Shown here in pieces: positions 42,411-52,166 of a stretch of DNA of 52,471 bases. The notes beneath the pieces are model-generated. The model ran no database searches. It was not told the origin of the DNA and saw only the letters and a list, made by a program, of their open reading frames with translations. The stretch spans positions 1-52,471 of the forward strand of contig JAFGVM010000061.1 of the NCBI GenBank assembly GCA_016937995.1, in the 5' to 3' direction. The position numbers and the translations under genes were made by a program. Origin of the DNA: Candidatus Delongbacteria bacterium. Its GTDB lineage: Bacteria; UBA4055. How positions within the stretch are numbered: position 1 is the stretch's first letter; the number at the start of each line of letters is the position of its first letter.

Positions 42411-42537
42411 GAATTTCCAATATCCACCAAGGAATATTCAATGACGAAGGAGGGGCGAATCAATATTCGCCCGTAGATTGCCACACACCGAAGGTGTTCG
42501 CAATGACAAACAGTAAAGACGCTCCACTTTGCGTATC
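42411..42537 (+). repeat. Three-part composite repeat cassette (copy 3) plus degenerate GTAAAGACG REP
   Basis: GAATTTCCAATATCCACCAAGGAATATTCAATGACGAA, GGAGGGGCGAATCAATATTCGCCC, AGATTGCCAC-ACACCGAAGGTGT-TCGCAATGACAA, GTAAAGACGC...GCGTATC. Confidence 0.88.
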
Positions 42538-42554
42538 ATAAGAAAAGGAAATAA

Positions 42555-43730
42555 ATGAATACAATATTTTTATTAAAATACGGTGAACTCACTTTAAAAG
42601 GTAAGAACAGAAGAGATTTTGAAAATAAAGTGATCAGAAATGCAAAATACGTTCTTAAAGATCATAATATTGAAGTAGAAAAGATCTTTGGAAGATTTGT
42701 TATTAAAACAGATTCTGTGAATGAGGAAGAGATCAAAGAGATCGGTCATAAATTATCAAATTATGTCTTTGGATTAGCCAATGTTTCTATAGGAGTTACT
42801 GTTGATAACGAACTTGACAAGATCAATGAAGTAGCTTTGGAACAGGCGAAGAAATATGTTGACAAATATCATCCGGAAACTTTTAAAATTGAAGTTAGAA
42901 GACCATTCAAGAATATGCCTGGAACATCTACAAAGATAGCTGCTGATATAGGAGCTTATGTATGGAATGCATTACCTGATCTTAAAGTAAAACTTGTTGA
43001 TCCAGATATGACAATAATGGTCGAGATACTTGAGGATTTTACGATAATATCATCAGAGAAATTACAGTGCCTTAAAGGTCTTCCTGTAGGAACTTCAGGG
43101 AAAGTGGGTCTTTTACTTTCTGGTGGTATTGATTCTCCTGTTGCAGGTTATATGGCTCAGAAAAGAGGTTGTTATCTTAACTGCATATATTTCCACTCAC
43201 CACCTCATACTCCTCAAAAGACCAAAGACAAGGTTTTTGCTCTGGCAGAAAAACTAAAGCAATATCAGCAGGGGATCAGAATTTTTACTGTAAATTTTAC
43301 AGAGATTCAGTTAATGCTCAGAAAAACTACAGATATGCAATACTTCGTGCTCCTAGGTCGAAGAATGATGATCAGGATATCAAATGAAATTGCAAAAAGA
43401 TATAAATTTAAAGCTTTCATAACAGGCGAAAATCTTGGTCAGGTATCGAGTCAGACCATAGAGAATCTTCACTGTATGAACATTCTTGCTAAAATACCCA
43501 TCCTGAGACCATTGATCACCTACGATAAAAATGAAACCATGGAAATAGCTCGAAAAATTGGAACATACGAAACTTCCATTTTGCCTTACGATGATTGCTG
43601 CACGTTATTTCTTCCACCAAACCCTAGAACTAAAGCAAAAGTTAGGCAGCTTGAATTTGAAGAGGCAAAATTAGATTTTCAGAGTCTTGTTGATAGGGCT
43701 GTCGAGACTGTTGAAATGGTTGATCTGTAA
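42555..43730 (+). CDS. thiI: tRNA 4-thiouridine synthase ThiI (no rhodanese domain)
   Basis: YGELTLKGKNR, THUMP region, SGGIDS PP-loop, GENLGQVSSQT, DCC. Confidence 0.94.
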   Translation: MNTIFLLKYGELTLKGKNRRDFENKVIRNAKYVLKDHNIEVEKIFGRFVIKTDSVNEEEIKEIGHKLSNYVFGLANVSIGVTVDNELDKINEVALEQAKKYVDKYHPETFKIEVRRPFKNMPGTSTKIAADIGAYVWNALPDLKVKLVDPDMTIMVEILEDFTIISSEKLQCLKGLPVGTSGKVGLLLSGGIDSPVAGYMAQKRGCYLNCIYFHSPPHTPQKTKDKVFALAEKLKQYQQGIRIFTVNFTEIQLMLRKTTDMQYFVLLGRRMMIRISNEIAKRYKFKAFITGENLGQVSSQTIENLHCMNILAKIPILRPLITYDKNETMEIARKIGTYETSILPYDDCCTLFLPPNPRTKAKVRQLEFEEAKLDFQSLVDRAVETVEMVDL

Positions 43731-43734
43731 CTTT

Positions 43735-43929
43735 ATGAACGGAACAGATAGATCAAATATAAAAGAAGGTCTTAAAGTTAATATAGTTTTAAAACAAGAT
43801 CAGAGAAGTGGGAAATTAACTGAAGGGATCGTTAGAGATATTCTTACAAAATCACCTTCTCATCCTCATGGTATCAAAGTAAGATTAGAAAGTGGTGATG
43901 TTGGTCGAGTAAAAGAGATCATATTATGA
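43735..43929 (+). CDS. YwbE/DUF2196 family small protein
   Basis: IVLKQDQRSGKLTEG...HPHGIKVRL...GRV; ATG at 43735. Confidence 0.85.
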   Translation: MNGTDRSNIKEGLKVNIVLKQDQRSGKLTEGIVRDILTKSPSHPHGIKVRLESGDVGRVKEIIL

Positions 43930-44372
43930 AACTTTATATTGATGGGGATGCACTCCCCAATGTGCTTAAACCAATTTTGAATAGAGCAATAGATCGTTTA
44001 AATATCCAAACTATCGTGATTGCAAACAAACCTGTTAATGTTGGTAGATCAAAATATATTGAATATATACTGGTCGGTGCAGGAGCTGATATTGCAGATG
44101 ATAGAATTGTTGAAATGGTTAAGGAAGGGGATCTTGTTATTACAGCAGATATTCCGCTTGCTGACAAGATCATTACGAAGAATGCTCATGCTTTGGATCA
44201 TAGGGGAAAGTTTTTCACGGAGGATAATATTAAACATTATCTTTCGATAAGGAATGTGATGCAGGAATTTCGTGATGTCGGGGTTCAGACACAGGGTCCA
44301 CCACCTTTTAAGCAGAAAGATGCACATGAATTTGCAAATCAGCTGAATAACTTTTTAGCAAAGAATTGTTAG
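43926..44372 (+). CDS. YaiI/YqxD (UPF0178, PIN-like) family protein
   Basis: YIDGDALP, ADD.I, GDLVITADIPLA, GPPPF. Confidence 0.88.
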   Translation: MKLYIDGDALPNVLKPILNRAIDRLNIQTIVIANKPVNVGRSKYIEYILVGAGADIADDRIVEMVKEGDLVITADIPLADKIITKNAHALDHRGKFFTEDNIKHYLSIRNVMQEFRDVGVQTQGPPPFKQKDAHEFANQLNNFLAKNC

Positions 44373-44391
44373 GATAAAAATATATTTTCAC

Positions 44392-44532
44392 GTTACTTTT
44401 ACATGGCAAAAAGTAACCATCCCGATACATCGGGACAAGTCTGCCATTAACACTCCTGGCAGGGTGGGAAGAGACGTAGTCCGTCTACGTCTTTACTAAC
44501 TCACATATCTTTTATCCCGAGAATCAGGACAA
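44392..44532. repeat. Cluster of short palindromes
   Basis: GTTACTTTT/AAAAGTAAC, TCCCGATACATCGGGA (44420-44435), AGACGTAG/CTACGTCT REP (44470-44496), degenerate TCCCGAGAATCAGGA (44515-44529). Confidence 0.7.
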
Positions 44533-44709
44533 ATGGTTTATTTTCCTAAATACAACACATCCAGAGTAAATGCACTAATTGCTTTAATTTGAGGGAATTC
44601 AAATATTTTTAATTTGAATATAATTTTATAACCTTGACAATTTTAATACTAAATGCTTTATTTATCTTTGATTTAAAAAAATGAAATAGTGTTTTTTTTA
44701 AGGTAAGTA

Positions 44710-45591
44710 ATGAGTTTTAAGTACAGAAAGATATTCAGTTTGTTATTTATATGTTTTTTACAGACAATTATAGCATCAAACGATTCTTTAAGTCTACAAT
44801 TAAATGTTCAACATTGGTATGATAATATTGATGGTCAGTTTGAGATCGAAAATATCTCATATGAAACTCAAAAAAGAGAATTTAAAGTTGAGGTAGAATT
44901 AGAAATTTCAAATTCGGATCAAACTACTTTTAGAAACGATCTAACAGGATCATATGAATATGACATCAGTATTGATCCATATGATAAATCTAAAGTTGTA
45001 GATATTGATATTGAAACAAAATATGTGTTTGGTATATCTGATCTATTTAGTAACAAGTTCGATTATTCATCTTATTATCGATATAAGTATGAAAAGAGCA
45101 ACTCCGAATATACTGAAAAGAACAATTTAGACATTGCACCCCTAGGTATTACATATCAGTTTTTCAAGTCAGATGATATTCAAGAGCTGTCAATCAGCTA
45201 TTATCCGGTATATAATTATTATAAATACTATCAGTTGGACGAATATTTTTTATTATTGTCGGCAGAGAGTAAACCCGAAATTGAGCAAATTATACAACAC
45301 AATATAACTTTTAAATTTGAAGCTACATTATTCAAAAATAGAATCGATATTAGTAATGAAACTATCTATAAACATGCTCAACTTTTAACTGATTTTTTCG
45401 GTTTAAATGATGACATAAAGGATGTCTATATAAACAACGAATTTGATATTAGATATAATTTGACAAACAATTTATCGTTGGGTTACAAATATGAATTTAC
45501 TAAAGATGATCGTTTGAATAGAACTCATCATCAACCAAGTACGAATCATACTAATTCGATCACTCTCTTGCTTCAATGGGGAGATGATTAA
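44710..45591 (+). CDS. Probable outer-membrane beta-barrel protein of unknown family
   Basis: Signal peptide; alternating aromatic/polar strands (YDISID, YYRYKYE, LSLGYKYEF); C-terminal ITLLLQW. Confidence 0.6.
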   Translation: MSFKYRKIFSLLFICFLQTIIASNDSLSLQLNVQHWYDNIDGQFEIENISYETQKREFKVEVELEISNSDQTTFRNDLTGSYEYDISIDPYDKSKVVDIDIETKYVFGISDLFSNKFDYSSYYRYKYEKSNSEYTEKNNLDIAPLGITYQFFKSDDIQELSISYYPVYNYYKYYQLDEYFLLLSAESKPEIEQIIQHNITFKFEATLFKNRIDISNETIYKHAQLLTDFFGLNDDIKDVYINNEFDIRYNLTNNLSLGYKYEFTKDDRLNRTHHQPSTNHTNSITLLLQWGDD

Positions 45592-45628
45592 AGCAATATA
45601 TTTCTGGATATTTAAGGGAGGAAAATAA

Positions 45629-46897
45629 ATGAAGTATTTCAAATTTATACTGTTACTACTAGTATTGATATGCAGTATTACAGCTTATTCACAGCCAGGA
45701 ACTAGTAGTCAGGATTTAACTGATACCAGAGAAACCTTAGGTGGAATGGGAGAAGCTATAGAAGGAGAAGCTGCTGAAACAGAAAGTGCTGAAGGTGTTG
45801 TAGAAATTGTAGGAGTAACCTTAGATGATCTTCAACCAATTTCGGGTGCAATAAGTGAAATCTCAGCCGTATTAGCAGAGATGCGCAGAGAGATTGGAGA
45901 ACTTCGAGAAGCTCAACGAGTTGCTAATGCAGCTGATGAAGCTATTGATGCAATTCCTGGAGCTGATGCTGTATCAGCTGGTATGGAACCAGTTATTGGA
46001 GTGCTAGGGACCCTAATACAAGCTGCTGAGGATGTTGTTGATCCTGTGCAGGATACAGTAGCAGAGGGTAAGAGTTTCTTAGAAAAAGTGAAGATAGCAG
46101 GAGAGGTGATTTTAACATTGAATGTGATATATGAAGTAGTTAAAGAAATTCCTCATTGGATCAAAGAGATTGAAAAAAAGATTGAAGATTCGACTTCACA
46201 ATCAAATACTTCATCGGATATTGATTACAAATGTGTAAACGGTAAATTAAAGCAATTTTCCAGAGATTTTATTCCTCTTCTCAAAGCTTCGAATTCAACA
46301 CTAAAAAACTTAAAAGCCCCAACTAAAGAGTTGAATGATCTATTGAAAAGTATTAAACCTGTTGTTTCTGATCTTGAGAATGTGACAAAACCAATTAAAA
46401 AGTTTATGGATGATATGGATCCACTAAAAAAAGAATTGCAGAAATTTGAGAAAGCTCTAAATAAAAAAATATCTTTTAAATTTAAAGTTCAGATACTGAT
46501 GGTAAATAAGACTTTCCACATTCATATTATTAGTGTTAAAGATGCAATGAGAGGTGTATCTCACATCGAGAAAGTTATGAAAGATGAATTAAGTGGGGAA
46601 GTTGTCGAAGCTCTTAAATTATTTGGGATGGAAAAAGCTGCAAAAGAAATAAAAAAGCTAGCAGAAGATCCTTTTAAAGATGCCACAAAACTATTGATAA
46701 AGGAACTTGATAAAGTTAATATCCCTGGTGTAAAGGACTTTTTGCATACACTCAACAAAACAGAAACTTTATTTAATGGTATAGTTACAAATGCTAAAAC
46801 AATTATTCATAATGGAATTCCAGATTTTAACACTAATGAATATAAAGATATAAAATCTCAAGGAATGAAATATTACGAAAGTAAATGTGCAGAATAA
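45629..46897 (+). CDS. Secreted alpha-helical protein of unknown function
   Basis: Strong SD GGGAGG, signal peptide ending AYS, acidic N-half and Lys-rich amphipathic C-half. Confidence 0.75.
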   Translation: MKYFKFILLLLVLICSITAYSQPGTSSQDLTDTRETLGGMGEAIEGEAAETESAEGVVEIVGVTLDDLQPISGAISEISAVLAEMRREIGELREAQRVANAADEAIDAIPGADAVSAGMEPVIGVLGTLIQAAEDVVDPVQDTVAEGKSFLEKVKIAGEVILTLNVIYEVVKEIPHWIKEIEKKIEDSTSQSNTSSDIDYKCVNGKLKQFSRDFIPLLKASNSTLKNLKAPTKELNDLLKSIKPVVSDLENVTKPIKKFMDDMDPLKKELQKFEKALNKKISFKFKVQILMVNKTFHIHIISVKDAMRGVSHIEKVMKDELSGEVVEALKLFGMEKAAKEIKKLAEDPFKDATKLLIKELDKVNIPGVKDFLHTLNKTETLFNGIVTNAKTIIHNGIPDFNTNEYKDIKSQGMKYYESKCAE

Positions 46898-46920
46898 GAA
46901 TTAAATAGTTAAAAAACAGG

Positions 46921-46958
46921 GGATATGCAACCCGAGATAAGATAAGGGTTGTATATCC
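46921..46958. terminator. Hairpin between convergent genes
   Basis: GGATATGCAACCC / GGGTTGTATATCC stem; upstream A-tract gives a U-tail on the minus strand. Confidence 0.55.
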
Positions 46959-46975
46959 TGAATATTCCCAACCCC

Positions 46976-47563
46976 CTACTCCTTCAAAACCATATCAATA
47001 CACATAACAGCAGCAAGAATAAGCAGTCGTATTAGGTTGTCAGGTTGAACATTTTGATCAATACTAAGCATATAATTATCAGCAGAAGTGAACAATTCCT
47101 TCCCAAGACCAGCCCATTTCTTACTGACATGAGCAAATTCCATTTCATCTTTCATGAATTTAAAATCCCAGCTTGTCCACTTTCCTTTCAGAGTACACAA
47201 GAAATTCTCATTAGGATCAAGAACATCAAACTTTCCACCAATAGAAAATAACTTTTGTTTAAAGATCCCTACCAAGTTGTCATTTTCATCTAAAACTTGA
47301 ACTTTAGAAAGAAAAATTGAAATTCCACGCTTAACAGTTAGAACTTTTTCTCCTGATGCAGTTTTTATCTCCACCTCAAAAGGAGTCATACGTTTATAGT
47401 CAGTGAACCTGAGCATTTTAGTGAAAAATCCAAGTTTTTCTTCTCTGCAAACCATTATCATTTCCTGAGTGTAAGGGTCAATAATATCGTAGTTGTTTGC
47501 AGCTTTAAATATTCCCAAATGCTCTTTTACAAAAAATAAATTTCTCTCTAAAATAGAATTCAC
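46976..47563 (-). CDS. Scramblase / LURP-one-related (Tubby C-terminal-like) protein
   Basis: Repeated beta units, SKKWAGLGKELFTSADNY, terminal helix LILAAVMCID. Confidence 0.8.
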   Translation of the reverse strand: MNSILERNLFFVKEHLGIFKAANNYDIIDPYTQEMIMVCREEKLGFFTKMLRFTDYKRMTPFEVEIKTASGEKVLTVKRGISIFLSKVQVLDENDNLVGIFKQKLFSIGGKFDVLDPNENFLCTLKGKWTSWDFKFMKDEMEFAHVSKKWAGLGKELFTSADNYMLSIDQNVQPDNLIRLLILAAVMCIDMVLKE

Positions 47564-47577
47564 GATCTCTCCGTTTA

Positions 47578-48345
47578 TTATTTTCTATGAACAACTGTCC
47601 CTGATGCCTGAGAAGCCGGAGTAACTGTAACTTCACATATCTGTACATGATCTGGTGCCTGAACAGAGTATAATACTATGTCAGCAATATCATCCGCAGT
47701 TAAAGCTTTTAAGCCTTTATAAACATTATCAGCTTTCTTTTTGTCACCGTGAAATCTTACGACACTGAAATTTGTTTCTACCAGACCAGGTTGAACATTT
47801 GTAACTCTTACCGGTGTATCAACAGTATCCATTCTCAAACCGTCACTGATGGCTTTTGCGGCAGCTTTTACACCGCAATATACAGCTCCTTTCGGATAAG
47901 CTGCAACACCTGCAATAGAACCGATATTGACCACATGTCCCTTACTGTTACTTATCATCAAAGGAACTATCGCTTTAGACAGATAAAGTAGACCTTTTAT
48001 ATTTGAATCGATCATTTCATCCCAGTCATCCAAACTCCCATCCTGGAACTTATCAAATCCCAAAGCACCTCCCGCATTGTTAACCAGAACACTGATCTTC
48101 TGCCATTTTTTAGGTAACTCATTTATTACAATTGATACCTTTTTTCTGTCTCTCACATCCAGTTGGTAAGTAAGTATTTCAGTATCATATTTTTTATTTA
48201 TTTTCTCAGCTACTTTAATAAGCTTATCAATATTTCTGCTGCAAAGAATAAGTTTTGCACCTTTTTCTGCAAATTGTTCTGCACATGCCTGACCGATACC
48301 GCTATTTGCTCCGCTTATGAATACTATCTGATTTTTTAATTTCAT
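47578..48345 (-). CDS. Short-chain dehydrogenase (YdfG-like)
   Basis: GANSGIG, LVNNAG, GSIAG, YCGVK, PGLVETNFS.VRF. Confidence 0.9.
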   Translation of the reverse strand: MKLKNQIVFISGANSGIGQACAEQFAEKGAKLILCSRNIDKLIKVAEKINKKYDTEILTYQLDVRDRKKVSIVINELPKKWQKISVLVNNAGGALGFDKFQDGSLDDWDEMIDSNIKGLLYLSKAIVPLMISNSKGHVVNIGSIAGVAAYPKGAVYCGVKAAAKAISDGLRMDTVDTPVRVTNVQPGLVETNFSVVRFHGDKKKADNVYKGLKALTADDIADIVLYSVQAPDHVQICEVTVTPASQASGTVVHRK

Positions 48346-48435
48346 TTTATCCCCCGGTAAAGTTTTGACTACGTATAATTTAGAAAAGCAAAATCACAAA
48401 TTCAATATATATTGTTAAAATATTAATATAGGATA

Positions 48436-48464
48436 TTGACTATTATGTTTCCTAGGTGTATTTT
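48436..48464 (+). promoter_or_regulatory. Sigma70-type promoter of the C25 peptidase gene
   Basis: TTGACT-17 nt-TATTTT; the same arrangement recurs at 52075-52103. Confidence 0.6.
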
Positions 48465-48532
48465 CTACGGTGTGTATTAAAAGCTGAAAGTATGTATAAT
48501 AGAATAGTTAATGTATAAATGTCGGAGAATGT

Positions 48533-51500
48533 ATGTCAAAATTAAAGCTGTACGTATTTGCGTTATTTTTAGTGTTCTCTCTAGTGTTCTCGAAGAAAAT
48601 TAAATTCGAAGATAACTGGGGTTCTCAGGGATTCAATCTTTCAAAATCAGCAACATCAGGGGTCTCAATAACTTATTCGGTCAATGAATTTTCAATGACT
48701 GAAAACTTGATCAATAATGAAATGAAAACCACTGTTCAGCTATCCGGTGTTTTCCTTCCAAATGACGAAGGTGCTCCTGACCTTCCCGGATCAGCCAGAT
48801 ATATCGCGATACCTCAGGGTGCAACAGCAAAATACGTGATCACTGATATGAAAAAGGAAGTTTATCAGAATATTGATCTTGCTCCGGCACCAAATATTCC
48901 GATCGATACCGACAGTTCTCCGATAAGATACGAAGAAAATTCACTAATATATTCTACTAATGCTTATTATCCTGAATCACCCGTAATTCTGTCAAAACCC
49001 TCTAAGATAAGAGGTCTGGACGTTGTTTTGCTTGGAATTACTCCTTTTCAATATAATCCAGTGACCAAGGAGCTGATTGTCTTCAGAGATATTAAGGTTG
49101 ATGTTCAATATGAAGGTGGTAACGGACACTTTGGTGAAGACAGACTTCGAAACAGCGAATGGGATAAAATATTGAAGAATACTGTGATCAACAATTCAGT
49201 TATCGAGGATGTTGAATATCAACACTCCTCAAGTTCAAAAGGTATAGACTACGAGTACATTATAATTTGTCCCGATAATCCAACATTTATTAGTTACGCT
49301 AATCAACTTAAAGATTTCAGAACAAAGCAGGGAATAAGAACAGGAGTGGTTACTATCACTGAAGTTGGAGGCAACACCGAAGCGGCAATTGAAAACTATA
49401 TTAACACTGCTTACAACACATGGACTATTCCACCTTCAGCAGTATTATTACTTGCTGACTACGGACTTGAAGGAACTTCAGATGCTATTTTCTGCCCTAG
49501 GTTCATGGATACTTATTATCCCATGGTCTCTGATAATTTCTATGCGGATGTGGATACTTCTGACGGAAAAGCTCTTCCCGAAATAGTTTTTGGACGTATA
49601 GTTGCTCAGAATGAAGCACAACTCCAGGTAATGATAAGCAAGATAATAAATTACGAGACAAATCCACCTACAAGTTCTTCTTTCTACGCAAATCCTATAA
49701 CTGCTTTGGGCTGGCAAACTGAACGTTGGTTCCAGATATGTTCTGAAGCACTCGGTGGATTTATGAAGAATGAGCTGGGAAAAACACCTGTCAGAATAAA
49801 TGAAGTTTACGAAGGGAATCCAACATCAGATCCATGGTCATCTGCATTAAATACTTCTCAAGTTACAGATTATTTTGGACCATCAGGTAGAGGTTATATA
49901 CCATCAACACCTCAGGAACTGGGATTTTGGACCGGTGGTGATGCTAATGATATCGCAAATGCACTTAACGATGGGGCATTTATTCTTGTCCACAGAGATC
50001 ATGGGATAACTTACGGTTGGGGAGAACCTGCTTTCACAACAACTAATATTGGTATGCTTACTAACACAGATCTTTCTTTTATTTTTTCTATGAACTGCCA
50101 GACAGGAATGTTTGATGATGGTTCTGAAGTATTTTCAGAGAGATTCCATAGATATACATACAATGGTGAGAATGCGGGGGCACTGGGTGTTATAGCTGCT
50201 ACTCACAATTCGTACTCCTTCGTTAATGATGCATTAGCCTGGGGTACATTTGATTACATATATCCTCAATTTATGCCAGATTACGGACCATCACCTTCAA
50301 ATAACGACGAATTTATGCCTGCATTTGCTATGGTGAACGGTAAATATTTCCTTGATTATTCAAGCTGGCCGTCAAATCCTACTGAGAAGGAAGAAACAAA
50401 TTATCTCTTCCATATGCTGGGAGATCCTTATCAGGTCGTTTATTCTGAAGTCCCACAATACCTGACAGTGAACACTCAGGAGATATTTGAAGGTGAAACC
50501 GTTCTCTACGTAACAGCTGATATTGGTGCTAAGATCGCTTTAGTTGCGAATGGTGAAATTTTAGGTACAGGTATAGGCACGGGTGGTGTGACTGGTATAA
50601 CAATTCCACCTCAGCTTTTTGAAACAGAGATAATTCTCACTGTTACAAAGCAAAATTATTTCAGGTACGAAACAATTATTGAGGTTGGTGTTCCTTTGAC
50701 AGATATCGGTGGAGATTTCTCAGTTGATAATCCAAGTATTGATTACGGATATACGACCGTTGGAGCAAGTACAGATCAACAATTCACGATTACAAATTCC
50801 CACTCGATAGATTATCTTATAGGAGATATTACAACTATCCCGGGCTATTCAGTGAATTATGCGGTTAAAGATATTAAGAATACATTACATTATACGATTC
50901 CACCTAGTTCAAGCAGGACATTTGATTTGATCTTTGAGCCTACGGCAGAAGTTGTTTACAATGGTAATATTACTATAACTTCTTCCGATACAGCTCACGC
51001 TACTGAATATATTTCAGTAACAGGTGAAGGCGCATTACCTGACATCAATTTACCTTTAAATACTTCAGCAACGGCGGAACCGGATGCAAATGTAGCGGAT
51101 TCTTTTGAGATACAGAATACAGGTCTATCAGCACTTAGCTATAGTCTAAGTAACGCTTATGTTGGCTTTCTTATTCAGGGAGGTGCTTATACCACCAATG
51201 ATTTCTCATCATTCCCCGGAACAGGATGGACAAACTCAGGCTGGGTAGAAAGTTCAGGAGCTGCAAGAGCAACTGGAAGCGGGGCTACATCTACTTTAAC
51301 ATCACCTGCGTTCGATACTTCAGGAGCGGGAAATCCGGTCTATCTGGAATTTACTCAGAATTATTATGCAAGAACCGGTAGCTGGACAAAAGTCGAGTAT
51401 TATACGGGAAGTGCTTGGGTTGAAGTGTACAATGTGACTTCATCTACAACTTCAGCCCAAAATATTGAACTACCGATAAAATCAGCAACTACTCAGGTAA

Positions 51501-51997
51501 GATTTACAGGTTATACTACAAGATCACAGGGGATGACAGCTTACTGGGATATAGACAATATTGTTGTATCTTCTGAAGAAGTTCCTTTTAACTGGTTGTC
51601 ATTTAACAGTTCAACTACAGGACTTGTATCCGGATCAGGAAGTGACACCATTAATATGACTTACGATGCCACAGGACTTCCAGAAGGGGTTTATCAAGCG
51701 AATATCACCGTTACTTCAGATGATCCTGATGAACCTGCCGAAGTTGTTGCAGTACAGTTTAATGTGATAATTGGAGGACCAGTCGTTCCTTCAGTTCCGG
51801 AAAATATTGTAACCAGCATAACAGGAACAGATCTTGTGATAGACTGGGATGTTTCTGCCAACGCGACAGGTTATGATGTTTACTCATCAGATGATCCTTA
51901 CGGAACATATACATTGGCAGCTTCAGTTGTAACAAATCAGTACACTGTTCCTGCTGATCAGGCAAAACTGTTCTATTATATTGTTGCTAAAAACTAA
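48533..51997 (+). CDS. C25-family (gingipain-like) cysteine peptidase with Ig-like C-terminal domains
   Basis: Signal peptide, propeptide (GAPDLP, PFQYNP), YIII, SDNFY, GRI, HRDHG and MNCQTG catalytic His/Cys, LGDP, then Ig-like/ASH-like repeats (ITSSD, VTSDDPD). Confidence 0.9.
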   Translation: MSKLKLYVFALFLVFSLVFSKKIKFEDNWGSQGFNLSKSATSGVSITYSVNEFSMTENLINNEMKTTVQLSGVFLPNDEGAPDLPGSARYIAIPQGATAKYVITDMKKEVYQNIDLAPAPNIPIDTDSSPIRYEENSLIYSTNAYYPESPVILSKPSKIRGLDVVLLGITPFQYNPVTKELIVFRDIKVDVQYEGGNGHFGEDRLRNSEWDKILKNTVINNSVIEDVEYQHSSSSKGIDYEYIIICPDNPTFISYANQLKDFRTKQGIRTGVVTITEVGGNTEAAIENYINTAYNTWTIPPSAVLLLADYGLEGTSDAIFCPRFMDTYYPMVSDNFYADVDTSDGKALPEIVFGRIVAQNEAQLQVMISKIINYETNPPTSSSFYANPITALGWQTERWFQICSEALGGFMKNELGKTPVRINEVYEGNPTSDPWSSALNTSQVTDYFGPSGRGYIPSTPQELGFWTGGDANDIANALNDGAFILVHRDHGITYGWGEPAFTTTNIGMLTNTDLSFIFSMNCQTGMFDDGSEVFSERFHRYTYNGENAGALGVIAATHNSYSFVNDALAWGTFDYIYPQFMPDYGPSPSNNDEFMPAFAMVNGKYFLDYSSWPSNPTEKEETNYLFHMLGDPYQVVYSEVPQYLTVNTQEIFEGETVLYVTADIGAKIALVANGEILGTGIGTGGVTGITIPPQLFETEIILTVTKQNYFRYETIIEVGVPLTDIGGDFSVDNPSIDYGYTTVGASTDQQFTITNSHSIDYLIGDITTIPGYSVNYAVKDIKNTLHYTIPPSSSRTFDLIFEPTAEVVYNGNITITSSDTAHATEYISVTGEGALPDINLPLNTSATAEPDANVADSFEIQNTGLSALSYSLSNAYVGFLIQGGAYTTNDFSSFPGTGWTNSGWVESSGAARATGSGATSTLTSPAFDTSGAGNPVYLEFTQNYYARTGSWTKVEYYTGSAWVEVYNVTSSTTSAQNIELPIKSATTQVRFTGYTTRSQGMTAYWDIDNIVVSSEEVPFNWLSFNSSTTGLVSGSGSDTINMTYDATGLPEGVYQANITVTSDDPDEPAEVVAVQFNVIIGGPVVPSVPENIVTSITGTDLVIDWDVSANATGYDVYSSDDPYGTYTLAASVVTNQYTVPADQAKLFYYIVAKN

Positions 51998-52018
51998 CGA
52001 CAAATAATTTTCACTGTT

Positions 52019-52044
52019 AAAGCCGGCATCATGCCGGTTTTTTT
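52019..52044 (+). terminator. Rho-independent terminator
   Basis: AGCCGGCAT-C-ATGCCGGTT plus T-tract, about 20 bp after the stop. Confidence 0.85.
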
Positions 52045-52074
52045 AATTATATATGAAAAATGTAATATAATAAT

Positions 52075-52103
52075 TTGACTATCATGTCTTTTTATATTAT
52101 TTT
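52075..52103 (+). promoter_or_regulatory. Sigma70-type promoter of the terminal partial gene
   Basis: TTGACT-17 nt-TATTTT. Confidence 0.6.
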
Positions 52104-52166
52104 ATACTCGTGTGAAATAATGAGAATGAAAAGTAAAATATAACGTAGAAAATGTGGAGGAGAAGT

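Noticed and set aside
44634-44665. Promoter from TTGACA upstream of the barrel gene
   Set aside because: No convincing -10 hexamer at 16-18 bp spacing.
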